DNA from: Candidatus Gottesmanbacteria bacterium UBA6580 | GTDB taxonomy: Bacteria; Patescibacteriota; Microgenomatia; UBA10105; UBA927 | NCBI GenBank assembly: GCA_002433895.1 | Contig: DJJA01000003.1 | Location: 9,950 to 73,949, forward strand | Length of the DNA: 64,000 bases | Reading direction: 5' to 3' | Part shown: positions 9,842-20,856 of the stretch, one piece after another | Numbering within the stretch: position 1 is the stretch's first letter | Layout of the letters: every line of letters begins with the position of its first letter | The notes under the pieces: model-generated | Told to the model about the DNA's origin: nothing | Seen by the model: only the letters and a program-made list of their open reading frames with translations | The model's database searches: none | Translations under genes and position numbers: made by a program

Positions 9842-10187
9842 ACTAATAGTCACGCTCCTTGGCGCTGCTTCAATCGGCTTTATCTATTGGTTTTTCTTTG
9901 GGAAAAAAGAAGAGGCTGCGCAACCTAAAAATGTGTGGAGCATTCTCGTGGAAGGCGGATACAAACCATCCACGGTCACCATCTCCCACGGGGCACCGGC
10001 AACAATTACCTTCACCCGCAAGGATCCAAACAGCTGCCTGGAAGAAATTGTGCTTCCGGATTTTAAAATTAAAAAATTCCTTCCGTTGCATAAAGCAATA
10101 ACAGTGACTATATCCCCCGTCAAAAAGGGAACCTATGACATCCACTGCGGCATGAATATGTATCACGGAAAAATTATCGTTGTATGA
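9834..10187 (+). CDS. Membrane-anchored cupredoxin (CupA-like)
   Basis: N-terminal TM helix, [14 protein letters not shown]. Confidence 0.88.
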   Translation: MDKLIVTLLGAASIGFIYWFFFGKKEEAAQPKNVWSILVEGGYKPSTVTISHGAPATITFTRKDPNSCLEEIVLPDFKIKKFLPLHKAITVTISPVKKGTYDIHCGMNMYHGKIIVV

Positions 10188-12442
10188 CAAAAACATCATT
10201 CCCCATTATCGGTATGCATTGTGCAAGCTGCGCCCGGCTTATCGAACGGCAGCTCAAAAAAACACCGGGAGTATCTGATGCTGCCGTAAACTACGGTTCA
10301 GAACAGGCAAGCGTTGAATGTGATCCATCGGTCGCAACGCCGGAAGCACTGGCGGGTGCGGTCGCCGCCGCGGGTTACAAAGCGGTTGTGGGTGACGCGC
10401 CCCGCAAAACCGCATCGGGGTCTGTTATGACGCCGGACGATATAAAGGAAGAAGCAAAACGCAACGAACTCGCCGAGCTCAAAACGAAGGTTATCGTGTC
10501 GGGTGTATTAAGTGTTGTAATAATGCTCGGAAGTTTTCCTGAGTGGTTTACCGGAATATTCTCGGGCATAAGCTCCATTTACGCATTGTTGGCTGCTCCC
10601 GCTACACTCCTCCTCCTCACCATTCCCGTACAATTCTGGGCGGGCAAATCGTTTTATCAGGCAACGTGGTCGGGACTCAAAAACAGAACGGCAAGCATGG
10701 ATACGCTTATTGCGATAGGAACCACTGCCGCATTTGGCTACTCACTTACCACTCTTTTTCCTGAGCCTCTGGAAGCGCTTGGCGTTCCCATGACCATGTA
10801 CTATGACACCGCTGCCGTTATTATCACGCTCATTCTGCTCGGGCGTTATCTGGAGGCAAAGGCAAAGGCGCACACATCAGACGCCATCAAAAAACTCCTG
10901 CATCTTCAGGCAAAGACAGCCAGAGTTGTTCGCGGCGGCAAAGAAATTGATATCCCTATAGATCAGGTAAAAAAAGGAGATACTATAAGAGTGCGTCCGG
11001 GTGAAAAAATTCCGGTTGACGGCACCATTTCCGAAGGGTCAAGTTCTGTTGATGAGTCCATGGTCACCGGCGAATCCATTCCGGTTGATAAAAAACGTGG
11101 AGACACCGTAATCGGAGCGACGATTAACCGGACCGGCACATTCCTCTTTACTGCCACCAAAGTCGGCAATGAGACCCTACTGTCTCAAATTGTGACCATG
11201 GTATCGGAAGCACAAAGTTCACGGGCACCCATCCAACGGCTTGCTGATGTTGTTTCGGGTTATTTTGTTCCGGTGGTACTCATGCTTGCTGTTGCGACGT
11301 TTGTTGTCTGGTATGACGTGGGTCTCCCCACCCAGGCATTTGTCAACCTTATCGCGGTACTTATTATCGCCTGTCCGTGCGCCTTGGGACTCGCCACCCC
11401 AACCGCTATCATGGTCGGCACCGGCAGAGGGGCGGAGCGCGGTGTGCTTATAAAGGATGCCGAGGCACTCGAGACTGCCCACAAAATCAAAGTTGCGGTA
11501 TTTGATAAAACCGGCACGCTCACCCGCGGTAAACCAACGGTCACGGATATTATTCCGGTCGCAAAAATGAATGCTCATAAAGTATTGTCGCTTGCCGCTT
11601 CACTCGAAATGGGATCTGAGCATTCACTGGCAGAAGCAATCGTTTCTGCGGCTACGGAAAAAAACCTCCCATTAACCAAAGTAGGCTCTTTCCGGGCAAT
11701 AGCAGGACACGGCGTGACCGGGAGCTTGGCCGGTAAACTGCTCGCTTTGGGAAACCGGCTACTCATGGCGAAGCAATCAGTTGTCTATAGCGTTCACGAA
11801 AAGAAAATCGCAGCACTGGAAACACAAGGAAAAACGGTCATGCTTCTTGCGTCAGGAAAACAACTTCTTGGTCTTATTGCCATTGCCGATACGCTGAAAA
11901 ACGATGCAAAAGACATGGTGGCTGCACTCAAAAAAATGCATATAACGGTCTGGATGATCACTGGTGACAACCCGCGGACTGCACACGCTATCGCGAATCA
12001 AGCAGGCATCAATCATGTGCTCGCGGGCGTCCTTCCACAGGAAAAAGCCAATAAAATCAGGGAACTCAAAGCCAACAACGCCGTCGTTGCGTTTGCCGGA
12101 GATGGCATTAACGACGCACCCGCACTCGCCGGGGCAGATGTGGGTATCGCCATGGGAACAGGCACTGATGTCGCCATAGAATCTGCCGGCATTACGCTGC
12201 TTAACAAGGACTTACGAAGCGTCGTCACCGCCATCAAACTTTCTAAGGCAACACTATCAATTATCAAACAAAACTTGTTCTGGGCATTCGCCTACAATGT
12301 GATACTCATCCCCGTCGCGGCAGGAGTCCTCTACCCCATCACCGGCTGGCTACTTAATCCTGCGCTTGCGGCATTTGCCATGGCAGCAAGCAGTATTTCC
12401 GTTGTCGGAAATTCGTTAAGACTAAAAAGAGTAAATATATAA
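10184..12442 (+). CDS. copA: Cu(I)-transporting P1B-type ATPase
   Basis: [37 protein letters not shown]. Confidence 0.97.
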   Translation: MTKTSFPIIGMHCASCARLIERQLKKTPGVSDAAVNYGSEQASVECDPSVATPEALAGAVAAAGYKAVVGDAPRKTASGSVMTPDDIKEEAKRNELAELKTKVIVSGVLSVVIMLGSFPEWFTGIFSGISSIYALLAAPATLLLLTIPVQFWAGKSFYQATWSGLKNRTASMDTLIAIGTTAAFGYSLTTLFPEPLEALGVPMTMYYDTAAVIITLILLGRYLEAKAKAHTSDAIKKLLHLQAKTARVVRGGKEIDIPIDQVKKGDTIRVRPGEKIPVDGTISEGSSSVDESMVTGESIPVDKKRGDTVIGATINRTGTFLFTATKVGNETLLSQIVTMVSEAQSSRAPIQRLADVVSGYFVPVVLMLAVATFVVWYDVGLPTQAFVNLIAVLIIACPCALGLATPTAIMVGTGRGAERGVLIKDAEALETAHKIKVAVFDKTGTLTRGKPTVTDIIPVAKMNAHKVLSLAASLEMGSEHSLAEAIVSAATEKNLPLTKVGSFRAIAGHGVTGSLAGKLLALGNRLLMAKQSVVYSVHEKKIAALETQGKTVMLLASGKQLLGLIAIADTLKNDAKDMVAALKKMHITVWMITGDNPRTAHAIANQAGINHVLAGVLPQEKANKIRELKANNAVVAFAGDGINDAPALAGADVGIAMGTGTDVAIESAGITLLNKDLRSVVTAIKLSKATLSIIKQNLFWAFAYNVILIPVAAGVLYPITGWLLNPALAAFAMAASSISVVGNSLRLKRVNI

Positions 12443-12453
12443 TTTAACGGGAT

Positions 12454-13113
12454 TTATACCTTACTGATTTCCTTCTGAAGTTGTGAGATATTTCGGACAA
12501 TAAGGAGTCGTCCTTTTGTTGCCAACAGTCCTTTTTTCACTAACGTCTCGACTTGCAGGCTGGCTGTTTCTCTTGTGGTTCCTATCCATGACGCGATCTC
12601 GCGGTGTGTCAATGGAACCTTTAGGGCAATCCCCTCCTTGGTCTGCTCACCGAAGTTGTCTGCATAGTACAGAATAAGCAAAATTGTTTTGGTATATGCA
12701 TCATCAAGCACCAACTGCGCTACCCGGCTAACAAAGCCCGCAAGACCAAGCGCCAAGCGCTGTGTCGCGTAAAAAAGCACTTCGGGATATTCCTTGATAA
12801 ATGTTAAAAACGCATCTTTCGGCGCGCGGGTAAGGACAGCCGGGGTCATCGCTTCAAAATGATACACATTAGGTGTATCGTTTAAAATCCACGTGAGTGG
12901 AAAAAATGATCCAGGCTTGTAAATATGCACTATAAACGTTTCCCCTGAAGGCGAAAGCAGATATTGTCGAACATAGCCGCTCTGCAGATAATAAACGCCA
13001 AACGGCGCGTCTTCTGCCCGCAATATAAGCTCGCCTTTCTTATATGACATCGGCGAATAACCGACGAAAAACGAATCTATTTTTTTAAGGACCTGCGGGT
13101 TAGTTTTGGCCAT
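12454..13113 (-). CDS. Crp/Fnr family transcriptional regulator
   Basis: cNMP-binding-like domain plus HTH LTHREIASWIGTTRETAS. Confidence 0.92.
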   Translation of the reverse strand: MAKTNPQVLKKIDSFFVGYSPMSYKKGELILRAEDAPFGVYYLQSGYVRQYLLSPSGETFIVHIYKPGSFFPLTWILNDTPNVYHFEAMTPAVLTRAPKDAFLTFIKEYPEVLFYATQRLALGLAGFVSRVAQLVLDDAYTKTILLILYYADNFGEQTKEGIALKVPLTHREIASWIGTTRETASLQVETLVKKGLLATKGRLLIVRNISQLQKEISKV

Positions 13114-13152
13114 ATCGTACATTTAGTATACACCCATGGGTCACAATTGGTA

Positions 13153-13194
13153 TGTAATATACCTCACATGATATTTGTAGAAAATCTGTATACT
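13153..13194 (+). promoter_or_regulatory. Crp-type box and -10 element of the VKOR gene
   Basis: TGTAA-N6-TCACA at 13153-13168; TATACT at 13189-13194; ATG at 13201. Confidence 0.65.
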
Positions 13195-13200
13195 AAATAC

Positions 13201-13647
13201 ATGGGAAATTTATCTGCAAACACAACATCCCGCAATCTCAACCGGGTTATCTTTTTTTTGTCATTGCTGGGCATAGTCATGGCAATTTATGTCACGCAAA
13301 GCTTTATCCGTCAGACCGGCATTGTCTGCGTCTCGAGCGGATGTGAACTGGTGCGGAAACACCCGGCAAGCTACTTGTTCGGCACTATCCCCGTTCCGGC
13401 AGTGGGACTCGTCGGTTATTCCCTCCTCGCCTTATTCTCATTTTTACGGACGACAAAACATAAGCCGTGGACACTGCGGGGCATGCTCGGCATATCCACA
13501 TTTGGTGTACTCTTTGTTTCGTGGTTTACCTACATTGAACTAACCGTCATAAAGGGAGTATGCACCTGGTGTGCGATCTCTGCGGTAAACATGTTCGTCA
13601 TTTTTACCTTGCTTCTTAAAAGTTACTCATTAGAAAAAAAGAAATAA
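13201..13647 (+). CDS. Vitamin K epoxide reductase (VKOR) family protein
   Basis: CVSSGC, GTIPVPAVG, CTWC, four TM helices. Confidence 0.9.
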   Translation: MGNLSANTTSRNLNRVIFFLSLLGIVMAIYVTQSFIRQTGIVCVSSGCELVRKHPASYLFGTIPVPAVGLVGYSLLALFSFLRTTKHKPWTLRGMLGISTFGVLFVSWFTYIELTVIKGVCTWCAISAVNMFVIFTLLLKSYSLEKKK

Positions 13648-13660
13648 AAGGAGGCAATCT

Positions 13661-14416
13661 ATGTTTGATCTTTCAGGAAAAGTCGCACTCGTTACGGGAG
13701 CTTCAAGCGGCATGGGAAGAGCCACAGCAATTGCACTGGCAAATCAGGGAGCAAAAGTAGTGGCGGCAGCGCGGAGAATGGATAAATTAGAAGCATTAGT
13801 CGCGGAAATCAAATCACGGGGCAAGGAAGCACTAGCGGTGCAAATGGATGTCACTAAACGGAACGAGGTTGATGCCGCAGTACATGCCGCGGTCACAACC
13901 TTTGGCAAGCTCGATATACTCGTTAATAATGCCGGTGTACTGGATTACTCCCCTTTCTTAGACATGAAAGAGGAGGCGTGGGACAAAGTCATTGACACCA
14001 ATCTCAAGGGATATTTTTACGCTGCCCAAGCAGCTGCACGTGAGATGGCCAAAACGAAATGGGGGCGGATTATCAACATCGCCTCAATAGCCTCAGGTGG
14101 CGTCGGTGTCGGGTTTCCGATGATATCGCACTATTGTGCGAGCAAAGGTGGCGTCATCGGCCTCACAGAGGCTCTGGCAGGCGAATTGGGACCAAGCAAC
14201 ATAACTGTCAACGCTATTGGACCAGGTGGGGTGACCACTGAAATGACGCAAGGCATGACGGACGAAGCCGTAAAAGGCATGACGGCCCGGCTTCCGATCA
14301 AACGGTTCGGCACGGGAGAAGAAATTGCCGCAGCTGTCGTGTATTTTGCTTCAGAAGAAGCGGCGTATACAACCGGCGCTACGTTGTATGTAGACGGAGG
14401 GTGGTTGGTAACTTAA
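13661..14416 (+). CDS. Short-chain dehydrogenase/reductase
   Basis: TGASSGMG, NNAG, YCASK, VDGG. Confidence 0.95.
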   Translation: MFDLSGKVALVTGASSGMGRATAIALANQGAKVVAAARRMDKLEALVAEIKSRGKEALAVQMDVTKRNEVDAAVHAAVTTFGKLDILVNNAGVLDYSPFLDMKEEAWDKVIDTNLKGYFYAAQAAAREMAKTKWGRIINIASIASGGVGVGFPMISHYCASKGGVIGLTEALAGELGPSNITVNAIGPGGVTTEMTQGMTDEAVKGMTARLPIKRFGTGEEIAAAVVYFASEEAAYTTGATLYVDGGWLVT

Positions 14417-15114
14417 AGATAAAGGGCAACCGTCATATTCCAGAAGACATGGACAAGTATCGGGGCAACGAGTGAACCAGTGTTGTAGAAAAGCAACGCG
14501 TTGGCAAATCCCAAAATAAAATCGGTAACAAAGAAAAGCAGCAGCGCCATTCCCTGCAATTTGAGCGAAAAAGCGAGTATGGGAATATGGAGCACCACAA
14601 ACATCAGTGTGGATACCAAAGCGGCGTAAAACAATCCCCGCTTCCCTTCAATAAGCCTGCTGAAAACGAACCCGCGGCTTAATAATTCTTCGGAAAATGC
14701 GGTTGCTGCCGACAGGAGAATAAGCATGCCAAGGCCGTATTCTTCAAAGGCAGCGATGGGCACAATCTCAATCCTCCCGTATTTAATCGCGTTCGCCGCC
14801 AACCCTTCCAACGCAAACACAAAACCGAATCCGAGTCCGATATAAATACTGGTGAATAAATTCTTTGTGGTAAGTCCAAGTGACGCAAACGGTTTTTTCT
14901 CCCTGTTTTTGACATACCACAACACGGGAAGCACGAATATCATCGGCTTGAAGATAAACTCATCCACCCACTCGGGAAGCCGGAAAAAATACCGGTACAA
15001 TGCCCACGCGATCACAATCCATCCCCACACGCGGTAGGCACGCTCCACAACATCGACAGGCGGCTGTTCCTTAATTTTTTTCACTCTATATGTACGATAC
15101 TCCGCTTTCGGCAT
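14413..15114 (-). CDS. CPBP (CAAX/Abi) intramembrane metalloprotease
   Basis: EELLSRG, FVVLH, HVFWN motifs. Confidence 0.9.
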   Translation of the reverse strand: MPKAEYRTYRVKKIKEQPPVDVVERAYRVWGWIVIAWALYRYFFRLPEWVDEFIFKPMIFVLPVLWYVKNREKKPFASLGLTTKNLFTSIYIGLGFGFVFALEGLAANAIKYGRIEIVPIAAFEEYGLGMLILLSAATAFSEELLSRGFVFSRLIEGKRGLFYAALVSTLMFVVLHIPILAFSLKLQGMALLLFFVTDFILGFANALLFYNTGSLVAPILVHVFWNMTVALYL

Positions 15115-15137
15115 CCGTTGCAAGCATGACTTTTGAG

Positions 15138-15623
15138 TTATTTTTTCCGCGGACGCGTAATATCTACTGCCTCATTCATCGTATCGACGATCATGTGGAT
15201 GATATTGGTCGCTTCTTCCAAGCTCAGCCTCCGCACATTGTGGGGAAAATAATGAAATACCAGGTTGCGCCCCTGCTTCCACGTATTCCACAACACCTCC
15301 GATAAATGCGGACCGTACCGCTTTGTCACCGCACCATAGGCACTTTTTGTACCCAGCCTGCGGATAAGATTGGGGCTCAAGACTTTTCCTAGGCGGAAAT
15401 GGGCGCTTTCATATTCACGCTCACTTATTATTTCAAGATCGCGGAACAGCTGTTTTAGAAAGCCCTCATACAGCTTTGCAAACGGAAACACCAGATACGA
15501 ATAATCACTTAACTCTTCGTTGGGATGATTCTTTCTGTCCGCAAGCAACAATTGCCCATCCAACGCCAGTTGCCGCTGGGTAATACTCAGATACTGCCAC
15601 AGTAATGAACTGGGTTGCATCAT
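15138..15623 (-). CDS. HEPN-domain protein, RnlA/LsoA C-terminal-like
   Basis: DYSYLVFPFAKLYEGFLK segment and R-x4-H motif RNLVFH. Confidence 0.6.
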   Translation of the reverse strand: MMQPSSLLWQYLSITQRQLALDGQLLLADRKNHPNEELSDYSYLVFPFAKLYEGFLKQLFRDLEIISEREYESAHFRLGKVLSPNLIRRLGTKSAYGAVTKRYGPHLSEVLWNTWKQGRNLVFHYFPHNVRRLSLEEATNIIHMIVDTMNEAVDITRPRKK

Positions 15624-15624
15624 A

Positions 15625-16086
15625 TCAACGAACAAATATTATTGTTTCCGCCAAAAAAATTATGAACGAAATAATGAGGATTGACCGTTGCGCCGGAGCG
15701 CTTACAGGTCCAGCCACCATACGATACCAACTATCCAGATTATGGTGTATCCGCCATTCTCCTACTTGCCACAACAACATCTGCAAATAGAGTGACAACA
15801 CTAAACCAATCCCGATCATACTTGTGGAACTCGTCACCACAAAAAACGCCACAATCGCAAATAATGCGCCGAAGACAATGGAACGGAACGGTGAAGGTTG
15901 CAACCCAAAAAATATTTCAGCAGCGTCAAGGAAATAAATGCCGATTGCCCCACCCATAAAAAACCACAATGCATCAAGAGAGGGGTTCGTAAGCCATTTT
16001 AACAACACCAACACCAATAAGTACACACCGGTAATATACACAAAAATTCGGGGCTTACTGCGTATCAATTCCTTCACTTTATCCAT
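15625..16086 (-). CDS. Hypothetical multi-pass membrane protein
   Basis: About 5 hydrophobic segments; TACAAT 8 nt before the ATG. Confidence 0.7.
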   Translation of the reverse strand: MDKVKELIRSKPRIFVYITGVYLLVLVLLKWLTNPSLDALWFFMGGAIGIYFLDAAEIFFGLQPSPFRSIVFGALFAIVAFFVVTSSTSMIGIGLVLSLYLQMLLWQVGEWRIHHNLDSWYRMVAGPVSAPAQRSILIISFIIFLAETIIFVR

Positions 16087-16184
16087 GTGTATGTATTGTA
16101 ACGCAAAATTACCAACAGTGAAGCTTTGGATTGATATGTAACAGTCGTGTGTGTGTGTGACGTACAATCATCCTGTGCGCACGC

Positions 16185-16448
16185 TTACTCCTGATGTGTC
16201 GTACGGAGCTCCTTCATTTTCCACATAAAGAGCTTTGCTTTACTGTTTGCTTTGGCATCTTTCACAAAAGAAAGTGCCTTTTCCAGAATTGCCCGGGGCA
16301 CCGTTTTTGCCAACCGTATATAGAGTGCCTTGTGCTTATAGTCCCCCAGTGTTTCCGACAAATATATCCCGTACGCCTGAAACTCGCGGGAAATATACTT
16401 ATCCTCCACAGGGTTAAATTTCGCCAATATCGAACCGACTTTTTGCAT
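16185..16448 (-). CDS. Small basic helical hypothetical protein
   Basis: 87 aa ORF in co-directional context (YISREFQAYG...LFMWKMK). Confidence 0.7.
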   Translation of the reverse strand: MQKVGSILAKFNPVEDKYISREFQAYGIYLSETLGDYKHKALYIRLAKTVPRAILEKALSFVKDAKANSKAKLFMWKMKELRTTHQE

Positions 16449-16535
16449 ATTTATGTTGTCATACCATACGTAATCTGGTATCCGTCAGGATAATCTCGCG
16501 ATCCTGAATCAGGCGCAGGATAACACCAAAGCGTG

Positions 16536-17126
16536 TCAATTAAACCGGTTCATTGCTTGATCCACCCCTTTAAATAATGCTATCCGCACTGCCTCCACAC
16601 CCCGTTTTACAAGATGCTTAAACTCCCCTGCTTCGCTCTGTCCAAACCGTGACAACACAAATCGGATTACTGACGATTGGTGCAGCTGCCGGTCAGCAAC
16701 AACGGTGCTACCGCTTTTCCCTTTGCCGATACCCAAGCGGATCCTTGTAAACTTATCACTCCCTAATTCCCGGATAACCGAATCTATCCCATGATGCCCC
16801 GCAGAGGCCCCACCGGTTCTAATACGGATTTTCCCAAGCGGCAAATCAAGATCGTCATGTATTACCCAGACGTCTTCAGCAGATACTTTATAAAACGCCG
16901 CAAGACTTTTCACAGCAACTCCGCTCGCGTTCATAAACGTCTCGGGTTTTACCAACACTACTTCACCGGTCTTTGCGATACGCGCTTTGTGTTTTGTACT
17001 CACTTCCCATTGAATATCCGCTCCCCCTAACTCATGCGCTAGTTTATCAACGACCATAAATCCGACATTGTGCCGGGTGTCTTTATATTTGTCCCCTGGA
17101 TTACCCAATCCGACAATAAGTTTCAT
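16536..17126 (-). CDS. pth: Peptidyl-tRNA hydrolase
   Basis: GLGNPG, TRHNVG, HDDLDLP, GHHG. Confidence 0.97.
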   Translation of the reverse strand: MKLIVGLGNPGDKYKDTRHNVGFMVVDKLAHELGGADIQWEVSTKHKARIAKTGEVVLVKPETFMNASGVAVKSLAAFYKVSAEDVWVIHDDLDLPLGKIRIRTGGASAGHHGIDSVIRELGSDKFTRIRLGIGKGKSGSTVVADRQLHQSSVIRFVLSRFGQSEAGEFKHLVKRGVEAVRIALFKGVDQAMNRFN

Positions 17127-17132
17127 ACGCTA

Positions 17133-17786
17133 TTACCCCCTTCCTAAGGATACCACTTCTTGGTCAGTAACTTGCGGAAACGATGCGTAATAATCACCAA
17201 CCGCCACAAACGTGTCCGCGACATGACATGCCACCAATTCATCAACTTCCGGCCGTATTTTACGGAGCGCTTCCCCGGAAATAACAGGAAGCGCCACCAC
17301 AATATGCTTCGGCTTTTTCTTTTTCGCCCACAGCACCGCAGCTTCCATTGTGGCACCGGTTGCCGCACCGTCATCAATAAGCAACACGGTTTTCCCCTCG
17401 GCGCTTATCGGTTTCCTGCCATTTCTATATGTTGCCATAAGCATACGTATTTCCCGTGACAATCGTAACAATTCGCGCTGCACATACATTTCATCTGCCC
17501 CCGACCGCTGCGCGTCTTTCCAATGAATAATCTCTGTATTGTCCGGGGCGACCGCACCTATAGCATACTCGCGGTCATGCGGACTCGATAATTTCTTAAT
17601 AACCAGCACATCAATAGGTATTTGAAGAAGGTCTGCAGTACTTTTTGCAGTCACAAGACCCCCACGGGCAAGTCCCAAAATAAGCACATGACCATTACGG
17701 TATGCCGTCAGTTTTTCGGCCAGAAGTGTACCTGCATGCTGTCGGTCTTTGAATAACACGTGATTAGCACCCTTTTGAAAAATCAT
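17133..17786 (-). CDS. Phosphoribosyltransferase family protein
   Basis: FKDRQHAG, GLARGG, LIDDGAATGATM; start may be GTG at 17759. Confidence 0.88.
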   Translation of the reverse strand: MIFQKGANHVLFKDRQHAGTLLAEKLTAYRNGHVLILGLARGGLVTAKSTADLLQIPIDVLVIKKLSSPHDREYAIGAVAPDNTEIIHWKDAQRSGADEMYVQRELLRLSREIRMLMATYRNGRKPISAEGKTVLLIDDGAATGATMEAAVLWAKKKKPKHIVVALPVISGEALRKIRPEVDELVACHVADTFVAVGDYYASFPQVTDQEVVSLGRG

Positions 17787-17826
17787 ACCCTCCAAGGTGC
17801 CAATCATGTGTTGATCAACACAGAAC

Positions 17827-18156
17827 TTACTTACCCATCTTGGAAAGCTGCTTTTCAGCAACATCTCCAACGTACGGAACTTTGTACATTTCTCCCTGGA
17901 ACGCTTTCCACATACACACGATCCACAAGATAAATGATGTAAAGCTCAATAGTAACCCAAGGAGCCATCCGATTATCGGTAAAAATCCGAGCGCTATGTT
18001 TGCAACAAACACTCCACCGAACAATATCGTGGATTGCATCGCATGGAAACGCACGAACTTACTTTGCTTTTCCAAAAGCAACATGATAATACCGGTGACA
18101 AACCCCAGGAGATAGCTTACTGCTCCCATCAGGTTTTCATTTCCTTTATCTGCCAT
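17827..18156 (-). CDS. DUF4870-like small membrane protein
   Basis: FVRFHAMQS, KAFQGEMYKVPYVG; SD GGAGGTG. Confidence 0.85.
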   Translation of the reverse strand: MADKGNENLMGAVSYLLGFVTGIIMLLLEKQSKFVRFHAMQSTILFGGVFVANIALGFLPIIGWLLGLLLSFTSFILWIVCMWKAFQGEMYKVPYVGDVAEKQLSKMGK

Positions 18157-18173
18157 TTCGTATCACCTCCAAT

Positions 18174-18212
18174 CCTGCCCGCCATCCCTGCGCTCAGGCG
18201 CTGGCAGGCGGG
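18174..18212. repeat. Intergenic GC-rich palindromic element
   Basis: CCTGCCCGCCA...TGGCAGGCGGG imperfect inverted repeat. Confidence 0.6.
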
Positions 18213-18282
18213 TCTTACCCAACATACCATGTTTTTTTTCGATGCGTCAATCACCCGAACCGTAAATAACCCGCGCGTTTTG

Positions 18283-19638
18283 TCATATTTCCAGCATGAG
18301 CTGCTCACGGCTTTTATCGGCAATCCCCTCTTCTCCGGCTCCCCAGATTTTTACCACACCAAACACGCCATCATACCCGGGATCGATGGTGAGCTTTCCT
18401 TTACGGACCAGATCGATCCCGGTCGCAATTTTTTCACCCGCCACCCGCGCGATATCATGAATCTCGGCGCGGAGAAGTACCGAAAATTCACTCCCTACCT
18501 CATCAGTAAGTCGACTGTAAGGTGTCTGCACTTTGGGACTAGTAACCGGAGAACCGATAGATTCCGCAATGATTTCCATAAGCGGCACCATCATCATAAA
18601 CGGTGGTCTATCCGGAAAAACCGCGCTTCCGAACAAGGGCGTCTTGATCGACGGATCGCTCGGCTTCACCTCGGCAAGTTTTACCGCATCTTCTGTTCTT
18701 CCAGCTAAATCATCGACCCGGTGCATCACTCCTACGGTAAGTGGCTTGCCGCATACCGGACAGGTTGCGCCTTTTTCACGGGTTTCTTCCGGCGTCTGCC
18801 GCACTTTGCAGGTGCGGTGGCCGGTGTAGTGATACTTCCCTTCCTCCGGATAAAACTCAATAGTATACGCGATAGTACTTTTACCTGATTGTTTGCCTTC
18901 CGGCACGCGTAGCGCTTCGTAAATTGCGTTGTAGCTTAATTGCCCTTCGGGTATTTCAAATACAGTCGCTTCCCGGCCGAGTTTTGCACCTGAATGTGCA
19001 TCGGAAAACGATACAATTGACCGCAGATCGAGCTCGGGGATGCGCCAATTCATTACGGGATTACTCGATAAACCTGTTTCTATGGCGTAAATATATTGTG
19101 CGTATGGACCGAATGCTTCCTCAATACTGTCAAAGCCGCCTAAACTCCCATACACACTAAACCATGGCGTCCACGCGTGCGCCGGAATAATGAGCGCCTT
19201 GGGCTCAATAGTAAAAACAAGCTCAGCAATCTGTACACTCGTAAGTCCGACAATCGGCCGGCCGTCACTCAGGAGGTTACATCCCCGCCTGGTCATCTCC
19301 AGACTAATCTTTCGGGCAGTATCAATGCTCGGTACCCAAATTAACGTGTGCACACGCCGCACTCTCCCCCCTTGTGAGTAAATACACGACACTTCCGTGG
19401 CAAGTAAAAAAAGCGGTGCGCCGGTATTATCACCCTTTAACCGTAATAACCCGTTACCGGTTTCTTCTAAATCACGTTCTATCTCACGAAACCATTGAGG
19501 ATGTGTCCAGTCGCCTGTGGCGACAAGTCCAATACCTTTCCTTTTTGCCCACAGCGCGATATTTGGAATAGTCATTGCCGGGGAAACTGCACGGGAAAAC
19601 CGTGAGTGCAGCTGTAAATCAGCAATAATCTCGGCCAT
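18283..19638 (-). CDS. Endonuclease Q family (PHP domain + Zn ribbon)
   Basis: DLQLHSRFSRA, PAHAWTPW, SDAHS, GKYHYTGHRTC, CPVC. Confidence 0.9.
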   Translation of the reverse strand: MAEIIADLQLHSRFSRAVSPAMTIPNIALWAKRKGIGLVATGDWTHPQWFREIERDLEETGNGLLRLKGDNTGAPLFLLATEVSCIYSQGGRVRRVHTLIWVPSIDTARKISLEMTRRGCNLLSDGRPIVGLTSVQIAELVFTIEPKALIIPAHAWTPWFSVYGSLGGFDSIEEAFGPYAQYIYAIETGLSSNPVMNWRIPELDLRSIVSFSDAHSGAKLGREATVFEIPEGQLSYNAIYEALRVPEGKQSGKSTIAYTIEFYPEEGKYHYTGHRTCKVRQTPEETREKGATCPVCGKPLTVGVMHRVDDLAGRTEDAVKLAEVKPSDPSIKTPLFGSAVFPDRPPFMMMVPLMEIIAESIGSPVTSPKVQTPYSRLTDEVGSEFSVLLRAEIHDIARVAGEKIATGIDLVRKGKLTIDPGYDGVFGVVKIWGAGEEGIADKSREQLMLEI

Positions 19639-19642
19639 ATAC

Positions 19643-20797
19643 TTATGTTATTACTTGTCCGTAAAGTGCCTCAAGTTTTGCGAGCACCAGTGGTTTATGG
19701 TGTGCAAGTCCGATAATCCTGCTGCGCTGCCCCATCTTTTTCCGGAGCGCAGGTGAGGTGGCAAGCTGGTCGAGACACTGAGCGAGGGTTCTATCGTCAT
19801 TCGTATCAACGAGAAATCCGTTTGTACCATCCACCAACTCTGGAAGCGCTCCTGCATTTGCGGCAATCAATGGTAGTCCGCACGAAATCGCCTGAAGGGC
19901 GACAATGCTCTGTGTTTCAACTGGCGACATGATAACAAAGCCGTCAGCAAGTTGATATAAATCTATTATCGTCTGTTTTTGCACTTCACCAACCCATGTA
20001 ATATTTTTAATACCTAACTCCCGTGCTAAGCCCAATAACCGCTCCTTCTGCTTGCCTACTCCGGCGATCACCACATGTATTCGGCTTTTTACTTGTGGCA
20101 TCGCACGAAGAATAGTGTCAATATTTTTGTCGGCATCCAACCGGCCTATATACAGGAAAATAGGCGCATCTTTTGGTAACGCGTATGCCGTCCGAAGTGG
20201 CGAAAGCTGTCTCGTCCTGGGCATATACACATTTGTATCCACACCGTTAGATATCGGGTGGATCCGTGAGGCGTTTCCGATAATTGTAGCAAGATCGCGT
20301 TTTGCCGTTTCTGTGGGCACCATGATCGCTGCAAAACCCGCGTAAATAACACGGACATACAGCTTTATAAATGGCACGCTAATCCATCTGAGCAACGGAG
20401 GCGCGACTTTCTCAACTTGTATCCAAGAAAAATGCTGCGCGCCGACAACCGGCACCCGGAACAGCTTCGCAAGAAAAAGCGCAGTAACCCCTAACGAGCC
20501 AGGCTCCTGTACGTGCATGACATCAACGTTTCCACTCCGTACTATATGCCACAATTTGCCAAACCCCAGAGGAAAAGGCGTCATTGATTTATTAACAAAT
20601 AATGCGTCACTTACCCCCGGAGTGTATACGATAGTTAACCCGGGTACGTCAGGCATAACAAAAGGAACAAGCGGGCGCGGGCACACAAGTGTCACCTGAT
20701 GACCCTGGGAAGCCATAAACCGGGCAATAGAGTCAGTAGATGTTGCTACCCCGCTCACTGTCGGAAGATACACGTCAGATACCAGTAATATGTTCAT
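19643..20797 (-). CDS. Glycosyltransferase family 4
   Basis: DVYLPTVSGV, GRLDADKN, ETQSIVALQA. Confidence 0.9.
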   Translation of the reverse strand: MNILLVSDVYLPTVSGVATSTDSIARFMASQGHQVTLVCPRPLVPFVMPDVPGLTIVYTPGVSDALFVNKSMTPFPLGFGKLWHIVRSGNVDVMHVQEPGSLGVTALFLAKLFRVPVVGAQHFSWIQVEKVAPPLLRWISVPFIKLYVRVIYAGFAAIMVPTETAKRDLATIIGNASRIHPISNGVDTNVYMPRTRQLSPLRTAYALPKDAPIFLYIGRLDADKNIDTILRAMPQVKSRIHVVIAGVGKQKERLLGLARELGIKNITWVGEVQKQTIIDLYQLADGFVIMSPVETQSIVALQAISCGLPLIAANAGALPELVDGTNGFLVDTNDDRTLAQCLDQLATSPALRKKMGQRSRIIGLAHHKPLVLAKLEALYGQVIT

Positions 20798-20856
20798 GTC
20801 GCCTATCAGTATAACATCGTGTCACACGTCATTGATGAAATGCATAACACTGCAGT

